Positions 11,101 to 22,465 of a DNA stretch of 36,005 nt are shown one piece after another; position 1 is the stretch's first letter; every line of letters begins with the position of its first letter. The notes under the pieces were generated by a model. It was not told where the DNA came from, searched no databases, and worked only from the letters and a program-made list of their open reading frames with translations. The position numbers and the translations under genes were made by a program. The stretch comes from Dicyema japonicum (Eukaryota; Animalia; Dicyemida): positions 1-36,005 of the forward strand of contig RDEW01000107.1 in NCBI GenBank assembly GCA_011109175.1, read 5' to 3'.

Positions 11101-11899
11101 GCAGAAAATATTATTTGTCAAGACACCCGCACTTGTTTATTTCATTATTAACCAAAAGCACAGTTGCTGAACACATTAATAAAATGTCTTTGAATTTGAA
11201 AAACCAATTAAAGGCTGAATTGTTAAAATTTGACTATTTCATTCAATTGTCGACTTTGTTGGAATTGTACAATTTGCAATCCTTTTAGAGACTGTGATTC
11301 AGATTTTAACATTAATGTAGAATTTCTCGAACTGAGACCAATTCACGAGACTACGACAAGTTAAGACATCTTTGTTAAACTACTAAAAATTCTTTGTCTA
11401 TGGGCTTGATTTGAAGAAGCCTGTACGTTTTTGCTCATAGTAAACTGCTGATATGAATAATCAGTTCAGCGAGATTCCTTCTTATACTCGAGTCCTCTGG
11501 TTATCATTTCACAAAGTTGTCTAAAGATTTTATTTGTTGGAATTCCTGCTTTCCTTTCATATCTTCCTAGAAAGTTCTCAAAAATTTGAGACAAAAATCA
11601 TTACTATGTTGGGTTCGACATATGTTTTTGAACAACTTCTATTTATGAAATTGACAAAAACTGGTCAAAAAGCAAGACTCACTGATGAAAAATCATCCGC
11701 TTAATAAAAGTCGGAACCACACGAATGGCTGCGTCCGACATATCAAAAATTGTATCCAAAAAAGAAAATTAAAGGGTGGTGATTAAATAATTAAGTTTCT
11801 CTTATTCTTTGTTTTTTATTAAAATAAATATATGCTTAAAAAATACATATCAGAACTAATCTTCCCTTGATAAGAAATTATTATAAATGCGGCCCTCGA

Positions 11900-12400
11900 A
11901 GAGAAATGAGTTTGACACCTTTTTTCTAGGCTCATTCTTCGCCAGTCCTGAAAGCCGCCGATTAACTAAAAACTCAAACATGCTCGGGCCATTAATTCTC
12001 GATGTCTCAACAGAGATTGGCTGAAAACCGAACGGGTACTTGCTCTTTTTCGAATCTTCAACATAAAGTCATCTTAGAACTCACGCGCAACGATGACTTG
12101 AGCAGATTCGCATTGGAGAAAAAAATCCGTTAACGTTGAATTTCAAGCAAAACACCTCGCTTAACTTCATGAGATGGTCTTTACGCCATCTAGCTTCTTC
12201 CCATCATCTCCATCGAGACAGTCGGGTTCCCTAAAGCAAGTAAACCCATCGTATTCGCTAGCTTCATTGCTTTCATGAAGTTTACCCTTTTGTTTATTTC
12301 TATAGGAATTTTGTCCATTTGAGCTCTCGGACGCAAAGAGTCTCCCATTGCACGCTCGGTGGAGTCTCCAAGTCCAATCCTAGTATATTTTCAAAGAGCA
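11900..12400 (-). mobile_element. CRE-like non-LTR retrotransposon, restriction-like endonuclease (RLE) relic
   Basis: Broken frames give FREPDCLDGDDGKKLDGVKT and FQPISVETS, matching the CRE consensus EP..L...DGKRPDG.T..PW and F.P.AVET.G. Confidence 0.65.
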
Positions 12401-13095
12401 CTGAAATCACGGATGAGATGAGGAAATTAGTAAAAATATTAATTATTTCAATTTATTATTATTTTTATAAATATTTAAATAATATAGTCCATGCTTTTCT
12501 TTATCGTGTCTTGTACTTTCTTTAGTGGCCATTTTTAAACATTTTGGTCAATCCGGAAAGTAACATAATATTGCCAATTTCGGATCATGGCATACATTAA
12601 AAACAAATTCGATGTTTTACATGATGATTTGATAGGGACATATGAATTATAATGATTTCCTATCTTTCTGATAAACTCTATATACTTGTTCAAATTTTTT
12701 TGTTTAACTTTAGCATTACATTTCTGCACGGATCTCCGTCCTTCACTGACTTGTGTGGACTTAATGATGGAATACCGAGCAAAGTTGAGGGACCTTCTTG
12801 GACGTGTAGGATTCCACATTTATCTTGCTCGGTCTTTGAAATATTTTAATTCGTTGAACATACATCAATGATTACTGTGACTTGTGGTTTCTCTTTCTTA
12901 AGGTTGATGCTGAAGAGTCCATTGAGGTGAGGTATCTACCGCTTTCATATACGAAGAGAGTTGTCCCGTCAGGTCTTTTGTCGACTGAGGCCAGTCCTAG
13001 ATACAAATGATCATTGAACTGGGAATCTGGAAGCTTCAACTCTCCACAATATTTTTAATGGATCTGTGATCAAAGTGTCAGGTTTTACATTATGA
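12237..13095. repeat. Dispersed ~860-bp duplication, copy A (paralog 22466-23335), built from CRE-like fragments
   Basis: Co-linear alignment starting at gcaagtaaacccatcg; the minus strand contains KRPDGTTLFVYESGRY (RLE-like) near 12940-12990. Confidence 0.85.
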
Positions 13096-13469
13096 AATGA
13101 TTCTATGTATGATAATAAAATTTTTAATATCTACCTAAAATTCATCCAATTTGCAATCAACTATAAAAAACAGCATTAATAGTCAATATTCGAAGAACCG
13201 TACAAGGATACTAAAAAAATATTCAATGTCCAACAACCACAAAAAGTCTATATTTTGTAATCAGAAAACGTTAAGTGTAAAAAATTGCATCCGCTGCCTT
13301 ATGTTATTCGTAAGTGGAATAATTCCTAATTTGAGTGAGGTATTTCCACTGACGTTTTTTTTAGGAAATTATGGAATTTCAATTCGATCATTGTTCACTT
13401 CCTCTTCATAACCTGCAGCCTAATAAACAAATGACGCACTTTAATTATCCATTTTGAACTATTTTTGTC

Positions 13470-13680
13470 CAACAACAGCCTGCCGCCAAGAGTAGTCATG
13501 TATTCATCAGTTACAAATCAGCCTGGGCAGAACTCACACTTTATCCAAGGCATTGAAAATGTTCTTGACTTCTCGTTCTTTTCTTTTTTGCTTGTGTGTG
13601 AGTGCTAAGACAATCTGCTCCAGCAGTGATGAAACACTAATAACGGCGTCACTCGTCAGCCCACTCGTTCTCTGTCCAAT
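13470..13680 (-). mobile_element. Diverged, 5'-truncated SINE copy
   Basis: ggcagaactcacactttat...gcttgtgtgtgagtg...ggcgtcactcgtca matches the reverse complement of the SINE core and tail. Confidence 0.6.
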
Positions 13681-13899
13681 CAAGAATAAATATCCTTAAT
13701 CTTTTCATTAAGCTAAACATCAGACTGTTGAACATCGACTTCGTTTCTATACAAGACATTCATAAAGTTCAGAGTTTTTTTAACTAAATTAATTTTTATT
13801 TTTTTCATTTAAAAAGTAAGTAATTTTTTATTTAAATTTATAACAGTTATTACACGTTGCGTGTGTTTTTTAGCATCTTGGGATCAAGACTTTCAGGCA

Positions 13900-14370
13900 A
13901 CGACGAGAGTAGAACATTTCCTAACTGTTTGCTTTTGTGGCTGAACGAAATCGAAGGACTATCAGCCGTTAGAAATCCGTTAAATTCCTATTCATCTGTG
14001 ACAAGAAAATGTTAAACAAGTCAATTGAAGCTAAACAATGTGATAAAAGGATTAACCTACTGAAAAGATTAATGAATCAATGGAAAATCAGGAACGATCC
14101 CGTACATAAAACGCTTTACATTGAGCCATTCATTTCATATGCATGTGCCACATGGGGACCCTACATATCGTGAACTAGTTTTAGAAATCGCGACTACTCA
14201 AAATGGCTTTTTGGGGAGTCAGAGAAATAGTCTACAGACAAAAAGAACATGATACCGACAACCTTGAGGGAACAACAGAAGAGGCTTGATCAACGTGATA
14301 GGTAGACAACCTGACCTAAACGAGCTGTTTAGGATTAACAGAAGAAAAATCAAGTCACCTGAGATTTGTC
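13900..14370 (+). mobile_element. Degenerate LINE, post-RT fragment (jockey-like)
   Basis: LYIEPFISYACATWG resembles the LY...IRP.L.YA...W motif of jockey/I LINEs; heavily frameshifted. Confidence 0.4.
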
Positions 14371-15214
14371 GACATCATATAGTTTGTTTTTTAGTTTAAC
14401 GATGGTCATTGAATGCAGTAGTCTATTAATTTATTTTACTTGTTTTCCATGAAAATTCATTTATGACAACGATGAAATTAAAAATTCTGTGTTATTCGCT
14501 CGATTTAGGTAGTGAGTGAAGAAATGATTGTGTCCAGACATTAAGCCAGCAGTAGGTATTGGGAAAAATTTTTATGTTTCTTCATGGAAATTCTTAATTA
14601 CACGGTGGCAACGCTTACTATAGCGAAAACGGACAATGTCCCCTGAGAACGTCCGTCATTGGTAGCTACGTTCCTGTTAGCCACCAGGTTCTGTCACATT
14701 GATATGACTTGTTGGTAAATAAAGACAATATAGAAGTTGGTTTAGTCTTACATCCGAATGTTGACGAGGATATTAGACAATAGTCTTTAAAATATCGGTT
14801 TCATACATGTGAGTGTCAATCATCGTTACATTTGATTCCCTGTAGATAAACTTCAGAATTTTTAAAATTGTGTTGTTTGCACCATCATAAATCGGTATGT
14901 TAAAGATTTAAATTTTTGAAGCATCTCTCCTTACAAAAATCACGATACAGACTATTTAGCACTGAACTGAGACTTAATCACATTAAATATGTTAGATTTA
15001 ATTATAATTGGAATAAGTAAGGAAAAGTACGGTGATGCGATCAACAAAATCGTCCTTGAGTTTCTTGTACTTATTAGTTCATGGGAATCCGTTATTAACA
15101 ATTTCCTAAGAGAAATGTCGTCAGTCACTTAGCAAACTAAAAATTATATATTTTTGTTCGTTATTGACCAAAAAACGTTTTATTAAATAAGGTACCGTTT
15201 GCCACACGTTTAGA

Positions 15215-16060
15215 AAATTGCTTCACTAGGCGTCTGCTTTGCGCATCTGTCCGTAGATCTTCTAGGTCTTTTGCAGATTTAAGTTTCCCTCCAATTCCAT
15301 TAAGATCCTTCTTTAAACCATGGGGAGGGTGCTTCTAGGCCTTCCTCTGAACGATGGTTTGTTCTCATTGTTAAAGTAATTGTACATTATTATATTTGCA
15401 GAGGCGTTTATGTCCATTCTAAGCACGTGCCCAAACAATCTCCTCTTGATTTAATTATGTCGATGCTTATTGGACTCGATTGTGCCTCAGAGTATAACTT
15501 CTTACTTAAAATCTTCCTGGATAAACCTAGGCCCATTAAATTGCGTAATTGTATTCGATGAAATATATCCATTTTCTTGAGCTCTATCTCTGTGACCCCC
15601 ATGTACCCGAGTTGTACATAAGCACCGGGTTTATTTATGAATTGTATAGTCTTAATCTTAGCTTTGTTTTTATTAGTTTTCGTCCACTTTATATCTTCTG
15701 CTTTTTCTTATACATGGCAGTGGCTAGAACTTTTCGATGCATCCTCACTATCACCAAGTAAGGATCCCAATTTCCTTTTTTTCCTCCAACTTTCGTCAAT
15801 ATATTTTAATTCCCTTCTGATTCTTGTGTGTTCAGTCTTTTCCTGATTAATTCGCAGACCAATTCTTAAATTCTCCAGGGATTTTCTCTAAAGCAAGTTT
15901 AAGTTTCAGATCATTTTCTGACAAAAAATCTATGTCATCTGCACATATAATCTCCATCTGCATGCATCTTTCACATTTTGTTCTAGAGCTCTCAATGCCG
16001 CTTCCATGTATACGACGAATGACCATCTTCCCTTATGTAGTCAAAAAATCATTATGTTGG
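15215..16060 (-). mobile_element. Degenerate RTE-like LINE, RT to 3' end
   Basis: Minus strand has EIICADDI (degenerate YADD, ~15935-15958), KLYSEAQSSPISIDIIKSR and SFRGRPRSTLP; related to 2684-4034. Confidence 0.7.
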
Positions 16061-16097
16061 AAAGGATTTAGTTTACTGAACCATATGAACCACTCTT

Positions 16098-16136
16098 TAC
16101 TAAACACGTATATATTACTATTATTATTAAATCTAG
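16098..16136 (-). pseudogene. 39-bp remnant of the LAMP-like gene 5' end
   Basis: tactaaacacgtatatattactattatt...taaatctag matches 18815-18861 (tactaaacacgtatatattcctattatt...taaacctag) with one small deletion. Confidence 0.6.
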
Positions 16137-16140
16137 GATC

Positions 16141-17170
16141 CATAATATTTACCACCTCCCGAATACCATTATTCAAGATTACTCAATTAGTCTCAATGGT
16201 GTTGGCTTGGGCTCTTTCATTAAATATCAAAATTCCTTTCTTGATCCTTCGCCGTGTTCACCTTCCACTATAACAGTGACAAACTGGAATGTCAGATATG
16301 ATCTAGCTCATCACGACAACAAATCATCATTGCTATATCGTCCCTCATACAATGAGGCAAACCTTTGTTAGCTATAAAAAGGCGAAATAGGAAGTTTTGA
16401 GGCAAAGTCCAATAATTGGACCAGTAGAATAGAATAATTGAATAGAATGGAATAATTGGAATAGAATGGAATAATTGGACCAGTAGCAGTTGGACCGCCA
16501 ATATTTGGTGGACGTGGAGGTGGTGCCACTGGTGCTACATTCATGTTCTCAAGTCGAATGAGTTTAAAGGAGAAGATCCACATTACAAGGGCTATATTAC
16601 AAGACGAAGGAACCTATTGCACTGCAAGGGACTCTCCTCAAGGCGAAGAAACGTATTACAAGTCGAATGAACTTATTCTACTAGACAACATATTACAAGG
16701 TGGAGAAACATACTACGGGCCGATTGGACATATTCTACAAAAACGAAGGAACCTTTTGGGGAATTCGAATTGGGATCTACACGGGACTTTGTTAACCACA
16801 TCATCGGTCCCTGCAGGACGGTTTAGGACCACCGTGGAATAACATAATGGGGAAAGGGCATACAAAAGGAGAACTAACTGGAGATGGGCGTACTGGCTTT
16901 GTACCTACAACGTTCTGAAGATAAATTAGTAATTGGATGGACATCAAGGATAAGTGTACCCGGATGAACAGTCCAGGCCAACCGGCGGACTGGTAGTTAC
17001 CTATTCCATAACTTGTTGTTAAATTTATTTTCATTTCATTTTTTGAGGCAAAATGGAAAAATCCTTAAATTACTTATCTATAATAAATTACTTCCACAGA
17101 TATTAGTGGCCTTTTTTTACTCCTTATATTGTCGACTAACAAAAAATTAATATCCAAAGGATATATCTAG
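16141..17170 (+). pseudogene. Decayed unknown gene family 'X', copy A (split by the 634-bp insertion)
   Basis: 16141-16406 plus 17041-17170 align in order with 19097-19620; anchors are cataatatttac.acctc, gatatgatctag, aaaaatccttaa.ttac and ttgtcgac. Confidence 0.55.
16407..17040. mobile_element. 634-bp orphan insertion flanked by a 12-bp direct repeat (TTTTGAGGCAAA)
   Basis: Identical 12-mers at 16395-16406 and 17041-17052. The sequence is absent from the paralogous locus at ~19.5 kb and is GC-richer than its flanks. No TIRs or poly-A were seen. Confidence 0.65.
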
Positions 17171-17815
17171 GACAAACGAAAGTGGTGTTTGTCTTTGCAT
17201 TACCATGCACCTCACTTGGGACACTATTGGATAACGACGCAAACAAGGGTTGGGGTTTCCGACCGCCTCGAAATAGATGTTTGCACGATACATCGCTGTA
17301 AATTTGAAAGAATGGTCCACACGAAAGGTCGTCACGCTATTTCCTGCCGGAGGAGTGATAGAAAAAGTCCAATACACGCTGCAATCTACGAAGTAATTGT
17401 TGGGTAATTGATGCTACTGGATTTCCTGTTCAATTGTAGCCATTCGGAATCGACCCGTTTAACGAAATACCGGACGAAACTACTCTCTTCCCATGGGAAT
17501 GCTGTAGATACCAAGGACGCCACCTCTGTGATAGCATCTCTCTTCAATTTTGTTTTGCCAGCAACTAACCCAGGCTTTTCTTCGGAGAAAGCTGGGATCC
17601 CAAAGATGAGGAAATACGTATGTCTCTGTTAACAGTTTATCTTTGAACCAGTGGCTGTGGGAACGTCAGGAATCATAGGAAACAGGTTACTTGTCCTACT
17701 AAACAGAATCGGTTCCCTCATTGCAAAAAAATAATTGGAGACAAAAGACCTGGCACATTGAGCACACTTTTTTTGCAGATCATCAGGGGAATTGCTTTCT
17801 CGATTATAAGAGCAC
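17170..17815 (+). mobile_element. CRE-like non-LTR retrotransposon relic (zinc knuckle plus RLE)
   Basis: DVCTIHRCKFERMVHTKGRHAISCRRS (CCHC knuckle), PDETTLFPW, KDATSVIAS, FIFEPVAVGTSG; frameshifted. Confidence 0.8.
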
Positions 17816-17964
17816 CAGTAGTTGTTAACTGTTAGTTTTTGCATTAACCTGTTTTTATTTAAATAAGAATGTAGTCACTTAATTAGTCCAGCTAATATGA
17901 AAAAATAGTGAATGAACCCAATATTATTAAAACCCAAAATACCCGATAATTAATTATGAAGTAA

Positions 17965-18873
17965 CTATAATTGAGAATATCTTCTGTTATATTTAAACGA
18001 GAAAATAATAGTAACAATCAATGAGAATGAAACAGTTACAACTAGAGCTATTATATATTTGTTTTCTAAATTTAAATTAATATTACTGAAGGCATCAAAG
18101 TATGTTAAAATTCGAGTACTATGAGTCGTAATAGTCTTTAATTTCGTACTTAAAGGAACATGTGATGTTAATTTTTTTGATTTGAATTCTACAAATTATA
18201 TTTTATAGTACTTCTTATATGACTATGAGTTGTAGTTAATTCTGTATTCAAAAGGGGTGGTGAATTGAATCGGAGATCTTTTTCAAAATCACATCCCTGG
18301 GCTAAATATCAGTTAAAATAATTACCATTTCCTGTAAATATTTTATTATTATCTGTTTTAAAAAGTTGCATTTTCATATCTTTTATTTTAATTGTTCCGT
18401 AATTAGGTTTTGTTATAACTATTTCACTGCAGTTATAATAACCGTTATTTAAAATTTTCGAAGCTGGAGTATACATATATGTTTGACGTGAAATCAATCT
18501 TAATCCATACGAAACATACATTATATTTGATACAATGTAAAATAATATTTTGAATTCTATATAATTTTTCTGCCATTTGAGGTAACCAGATAATTGATCA
18601 CTAATATAAAAATCAAAATATGCGTCGATTAAATTTTCATTTTTAATCTTTTATAAAATAAAATGTGATTACAGTATTATTAAATTTATGTTCAACTTCA
18701 ATTATTCCACTGAATAACGATACAACTTGATCTTTTTTTAATCCACCCCACAAAGGTACATCATCATACAACTGTTCAAAAGCATCAATATTCGGCAACA
18801 CATCTCTATTGCATACTAAACACGTATATATTCCTATTATTAATTTATTTTGTAAACCTAGTAATTGGAACAT
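17965..18873 (-). CDS. LAMP-like type-I membrane glycoprotein, copy 2 (~270 aa, 4-5 exons)
   Basis: ATG at 18871-18873. Introns at 18648-18672 (25 nt), 18302-18325 (24 nt) and 18189-18211 (23 nt), plus a probable in-frame 24-nt intron at 18834-18857; the spliced length of 813 nt is in frame. Ends ...NLENKYIIALVVTVSFSLIVTIIFSFKYNRRYSQL*, i.e. TM, basic residues and a C-terminal YxxL. Reading frame and shared introns are conserved with copy 1. Confidence 0.8.
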
Positions 18874-19096
18874 CTCACAGCAATTGTTCTAATTATGAAT
18901 TAAATCTTTTATTTAAATAAAATGGTAACTATTATTTTTTATTAAAATAAAGAATATTTTTATATTTTTTTGCTGCAATGAGATCCTCCGAACATCTTGA
19001 GATTTCGAACAAATCTGAATCTACTACTGAACATCAATAGAACTTAACCAAAACACGTGATGTAGACGACTTTCGATGTTGTTCTCTGCCATGATG

Positions 19097-20310
19097 CATA
19101 ATATTTACTACCTCTCAAAAACCAAGATTCATAGACTACTCAATTGGTCTCATGTTGGTTGCTTGGTCACTCTTATTCATATATATCTCCCTCTGCAACT
19201 ATCGCAACCATGTATTTCAACTCACTTTCTATGACCTCAATGCTAATGACCCACACTGTCAATTGATTTAGTCCTCGAATGTTAGAACAGAACATCATTC
19301 CGTTATGTGTACAATCGCAATTAACAAAAAAATGTGGGACTGTTCCTGGAAATCCAAACACGTTTCTTGATCTCTCGATGTTTTCTTTTTGCATTTAAAA
19401 CATTGATTAACTTAAATATCATATATGATCTAGAACGTGACGACAACCCGATCATCATTGACATCCTAATACATTCAGATATCTATAAAAAGTCAGAAAT
19501 TGAAAAAAAATCCTTAATTTACTTCTTCATAAATAATTTACCTTTTTAGATAATTGTGGAGTTTCTTTATTTTTCCTATTTTGTCGACAAGAAGAAATTA
19601 ATATACAAAGGATTTATTGGGACACAATCCTACTTTAATGGTTAAAATGGTTTGATAGTAATTCATCCAAATTCTTGCTTTAGCCCTAAATGATGAATAT
19701 TTTCTAGGTAATAAATGTCTTAAAAGTATATAAAATTGACTTTTAACCATCTTTATTTTAACGAACATATATAACAACTTTATTTCTTTATTTTAACGAA
19801 CATATATAACAACCATCTTTATTTTAACGGCCGGGTGGGTTAGTGGTTAGGTGTCGGGCTTAAGTGGCTTAAGCTACGGGTTCGAAACTCGCTGCTGTTC
19901 ACCTGGTGGAAGGTTCCACGGATCTACGATGCAGAAATGGTTTGACGAGTGACGCCGTCATCAGTGAATACTCACTGCGGAACTGGATTTGTCTAGAAAG
20001 GACACTCACACAAGAAAAAGAAAAAAAAGAAGTGAAGATCATTCCTTGGTTCTACGATTAGTTAAAATTAACTGTTCTTTACTTAAATAAAGTGTGTGTC
20101 CTGCCTATGCGGAGCTATAAAATACTATGGCTCTCGTGAAAAGGCTTTATTATTATATATAACAACTCTTCACTGAGCCAAGCGAAAATTAATTGCTTTA
20201 GAGTGCATGCAGGGCATTCAAACGTCCAATAATAATGTCTAAGGATCCTTACAAAGTTTTTATAAGTACTACCATCATTTATGCTTTTCTAGCTGGGTTT
20301 ATGAATATCG
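19097..20310 (+). pseudogene. Decayed unknown gene family 'X', copy B (interrupted by the SINE)
   Basis: Signal-peptide-like MLVAWSLLFIYLPLQLS from 19152, fragments such as IYDLERDDNPIIIDILIHS, and a terminal hydrophobic TTIIYAFLAGFM; many stops. Homologous to 16141-17170 and 23965-24375. Confidence 0.5.
19829..20140 (+). mobile_element. tRNA-derived SINE, full-length copy
   Basis: ggccgggtgggttagtggttagg (A-box) ... gggttcgaaactcg (B-box, 19878-19891), then core, A-rich tract and tail. It is absent at the paralogous position in 24190-24240. Confidence 0.88.
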
Positions 20311-20479
20311 GTCCCTTTCCTGCAGGAGCTACATAAAAAATCACAATTGAGAACTAAATAGAGCTGATAAATTTTTCTAATACTTAAAATCAAATCAAAA
20401 ATACAAGGTAACATTGAAATACGAAATTACAATATCCTCAAAAATCTCTGACCCCAATCTTCATAATTTAACTTACTCG

Positions 20480-20770
20480 AATCCACAAAGAACAAACGTA
20501 TCCGGAGAACTTCAACTGATATCCAAAAAACACGCAGGAGAATCCCATCTCTACATCTCTACGAAAGGTCATAATTGTCGAGACAGAAGCTAATTACTCC
20601 AGTGGTTACCGGAGAGAAGAATCTGCTATCTCAGAGAGGATAGTTGTCTGGATATATCTTTTGTTTGCTAAAGCAAGTCTGAGAGATTCCAACCGAATCA
20701 GGAATCCACCATTTTTCAGTCATCACGCAATACAGACAATTCCACGGATCTTACAAAGTATCTCTTTTCA
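20480..20770 (+). mobile_element. Degenerate LINE fragment related to 10650-11000
   Basis: Weak similarity of agaatcccatctc...gagacagaagc to 10666-10731 (agaatcccaatcccatc...cagacagaagc). Confidence 0.3.
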
Positions 20771-20936
20771 TTTTTGTCAAAATAAAGATTTAAATCATGA
20801 GCTTGAATGGAAGAAAGATGATATAGCTATAAAAATAAAAACTACCCGTTATTCAAATAATATATATCTTTATTGAGGATTAACATTATATTCGGCTAGT
20901 GATGATAAAAGTAGTAAAGCATGGAAAATTTAGCCT

Positions 20937-21202
20937 AACGGCTATTACAACTGCAGTGAAATGGCAGTGATTATTCCTAATTATGCAACAGTAAAAATAA
21001 AATATGAAAATGCAATTTTTAAAACAGATAATAATAAAATATTTACCGGAAATGTTACTTGTAATAACCGACATTTAGATCTCGGATGTGGGATTGTAAA
21101 ATCTGAAAATCACAAATAGCTGTTTGTGTAACTGCTGCATTCACATTGATTGTCACTACTATTTTTTTGTTTAAATCTAACAGAAGATTTTCTCAATTAT
21201 AG
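20937..21202 (+). pseudogene. LAMP-like copy 3: 5'-truncated, stalk deleted
   Basis: NGYYNCSEMAVIIPNYATVKIK, then a compensated -2/-1 frameshift, FKTDNNKIFTGN, an intron remnant ending ccgacatttag, and AVCVTAAFTLIVTTIFLFKSNRRFSQL*. An in-frame TGA precedes the TM. The 3' flank to ~21290 matches the reverse complement of 17880-17965. Confidence 0.85.
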
Positions 21203-22465
21203 TTACTTCATAATTAATAATCGGATATTTTGGGTTTTAATATAATATTGGGTTAATTCACTATTTTCTCATTATATGGCGACTAAATCGATTTTTACTT
21301 CGTGATTAAACATTTGTTGGTGATGCACGCTGACAGTTAATAATTTTATGTTTTAGAAAGAAAATTGCTAACAAATATTTAAAGGTTGCTTTTAATCAAA
21401 GGCGATTACTCCAGATTTGGAAATGCATTTCCACTCATGGTTTGTAAAAAAATGCACTTAAGCGGCCAACTACTTTCTATTTTATTAACACGGTTAATTG
21501 GCTTTAAATTTCTCTTCCTTCCCTGTGATGTTGTCAATGGATCCATCTTACTCAGGAGACGCCAAAGCCTGACCGGTATTCAAAAGGTTCTATCTATTCA
21601 TTCCTCTGGGAGAAAATTTACCTCCCTAGCGAAGAATCAAGGAATTGGTTAGTTCGGTCTTACCTTTATTATATTATGTCACGGTCATCCCGTACGTGGT
21701 ATCAGCCAACACGTGGTCAATGATTTTAATCATTTAAAAAAATAATTATATATTTTTGTTCGTTATTGGATAATGATTAAAAATATATATTTTTATTTTA
21801 AAATAATTATTTTTTAGTTTTTTGAAAAAAAAATTGAAGAATGGGTACAGTATCAAAATACTTAGTTTTTAATATATAAATTGTTTCTTAATAATAATTA
21901 ATTTAAATTATTTAAAAAATATTTAGCACGCTTTTATTAAAACTCGACTGATGGTTTTTGTTCTTAGATTGTTTTTTCACGATCTGAAAATAATTAAGGA
22001 ATTTAAAGGAAACTTTTCAAAAATTTTATACATATGGCCCTCCGTTATTATTACACACGGATAACGGAAAAGATTTTAAAAATAAATTGATGACCGAAAT
22101 GTTGATGGAGCTTAGGGTCAAATTTGCCTTTGGGAGACCGCGTACTCCATGGATACAAGGTCAAGTAGAGAGGTAAAAAAGAAATTATAAATTTAGATCT
22201 AACCAAAAAATATAAAAAGGCACTTCGGTGGTGTGGTGTGATCAACAATAATCTCAGATGGAAAATAAAGAACGAGGAACAAAACCACTACGGACAAATC
22301 GGTATGTCTTTAATGTGGATAATCGAATAAAAGGAAATTAGGAATAAACTGCACACTATGTGAATCATTCGTATATTTGTAATGCTTAAAAATGAGTAAA
22401 GCTTGCGCCGAGACGCTGTCGAGTTGGCTGTGCCCCTCTTGTATTGGAATGGAGGCCCCCAGAAG

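Noticed and set aside
11100-11800. Possible DNA transposase relic
   Set aside because: The fragmentary frames contain no diagnostic motif or terminal repeats that I could recognise.
16411-16490. Short direct repeats resembling a CRISPR array
   Set aside because: The units are contiguous and degenerate, without unique spacers; the context is eukaryotic and no cas genes are present.
16860-16920. SH3-like motif KGELTGDGRTGFVPTTF
   Set aside because: Only a short C-terminal resemblance; the ALYDY and WW elements are missing and the frame has stops on both sides.
19829-19900. Possible tRNA gene (also 1220-1290)
   Set aside because: A and B boxes are present but there is no 7-nt anticodon loop or closing acceptor stem, and the head is fused to a repeated 240-bp body; it is a SINE head.
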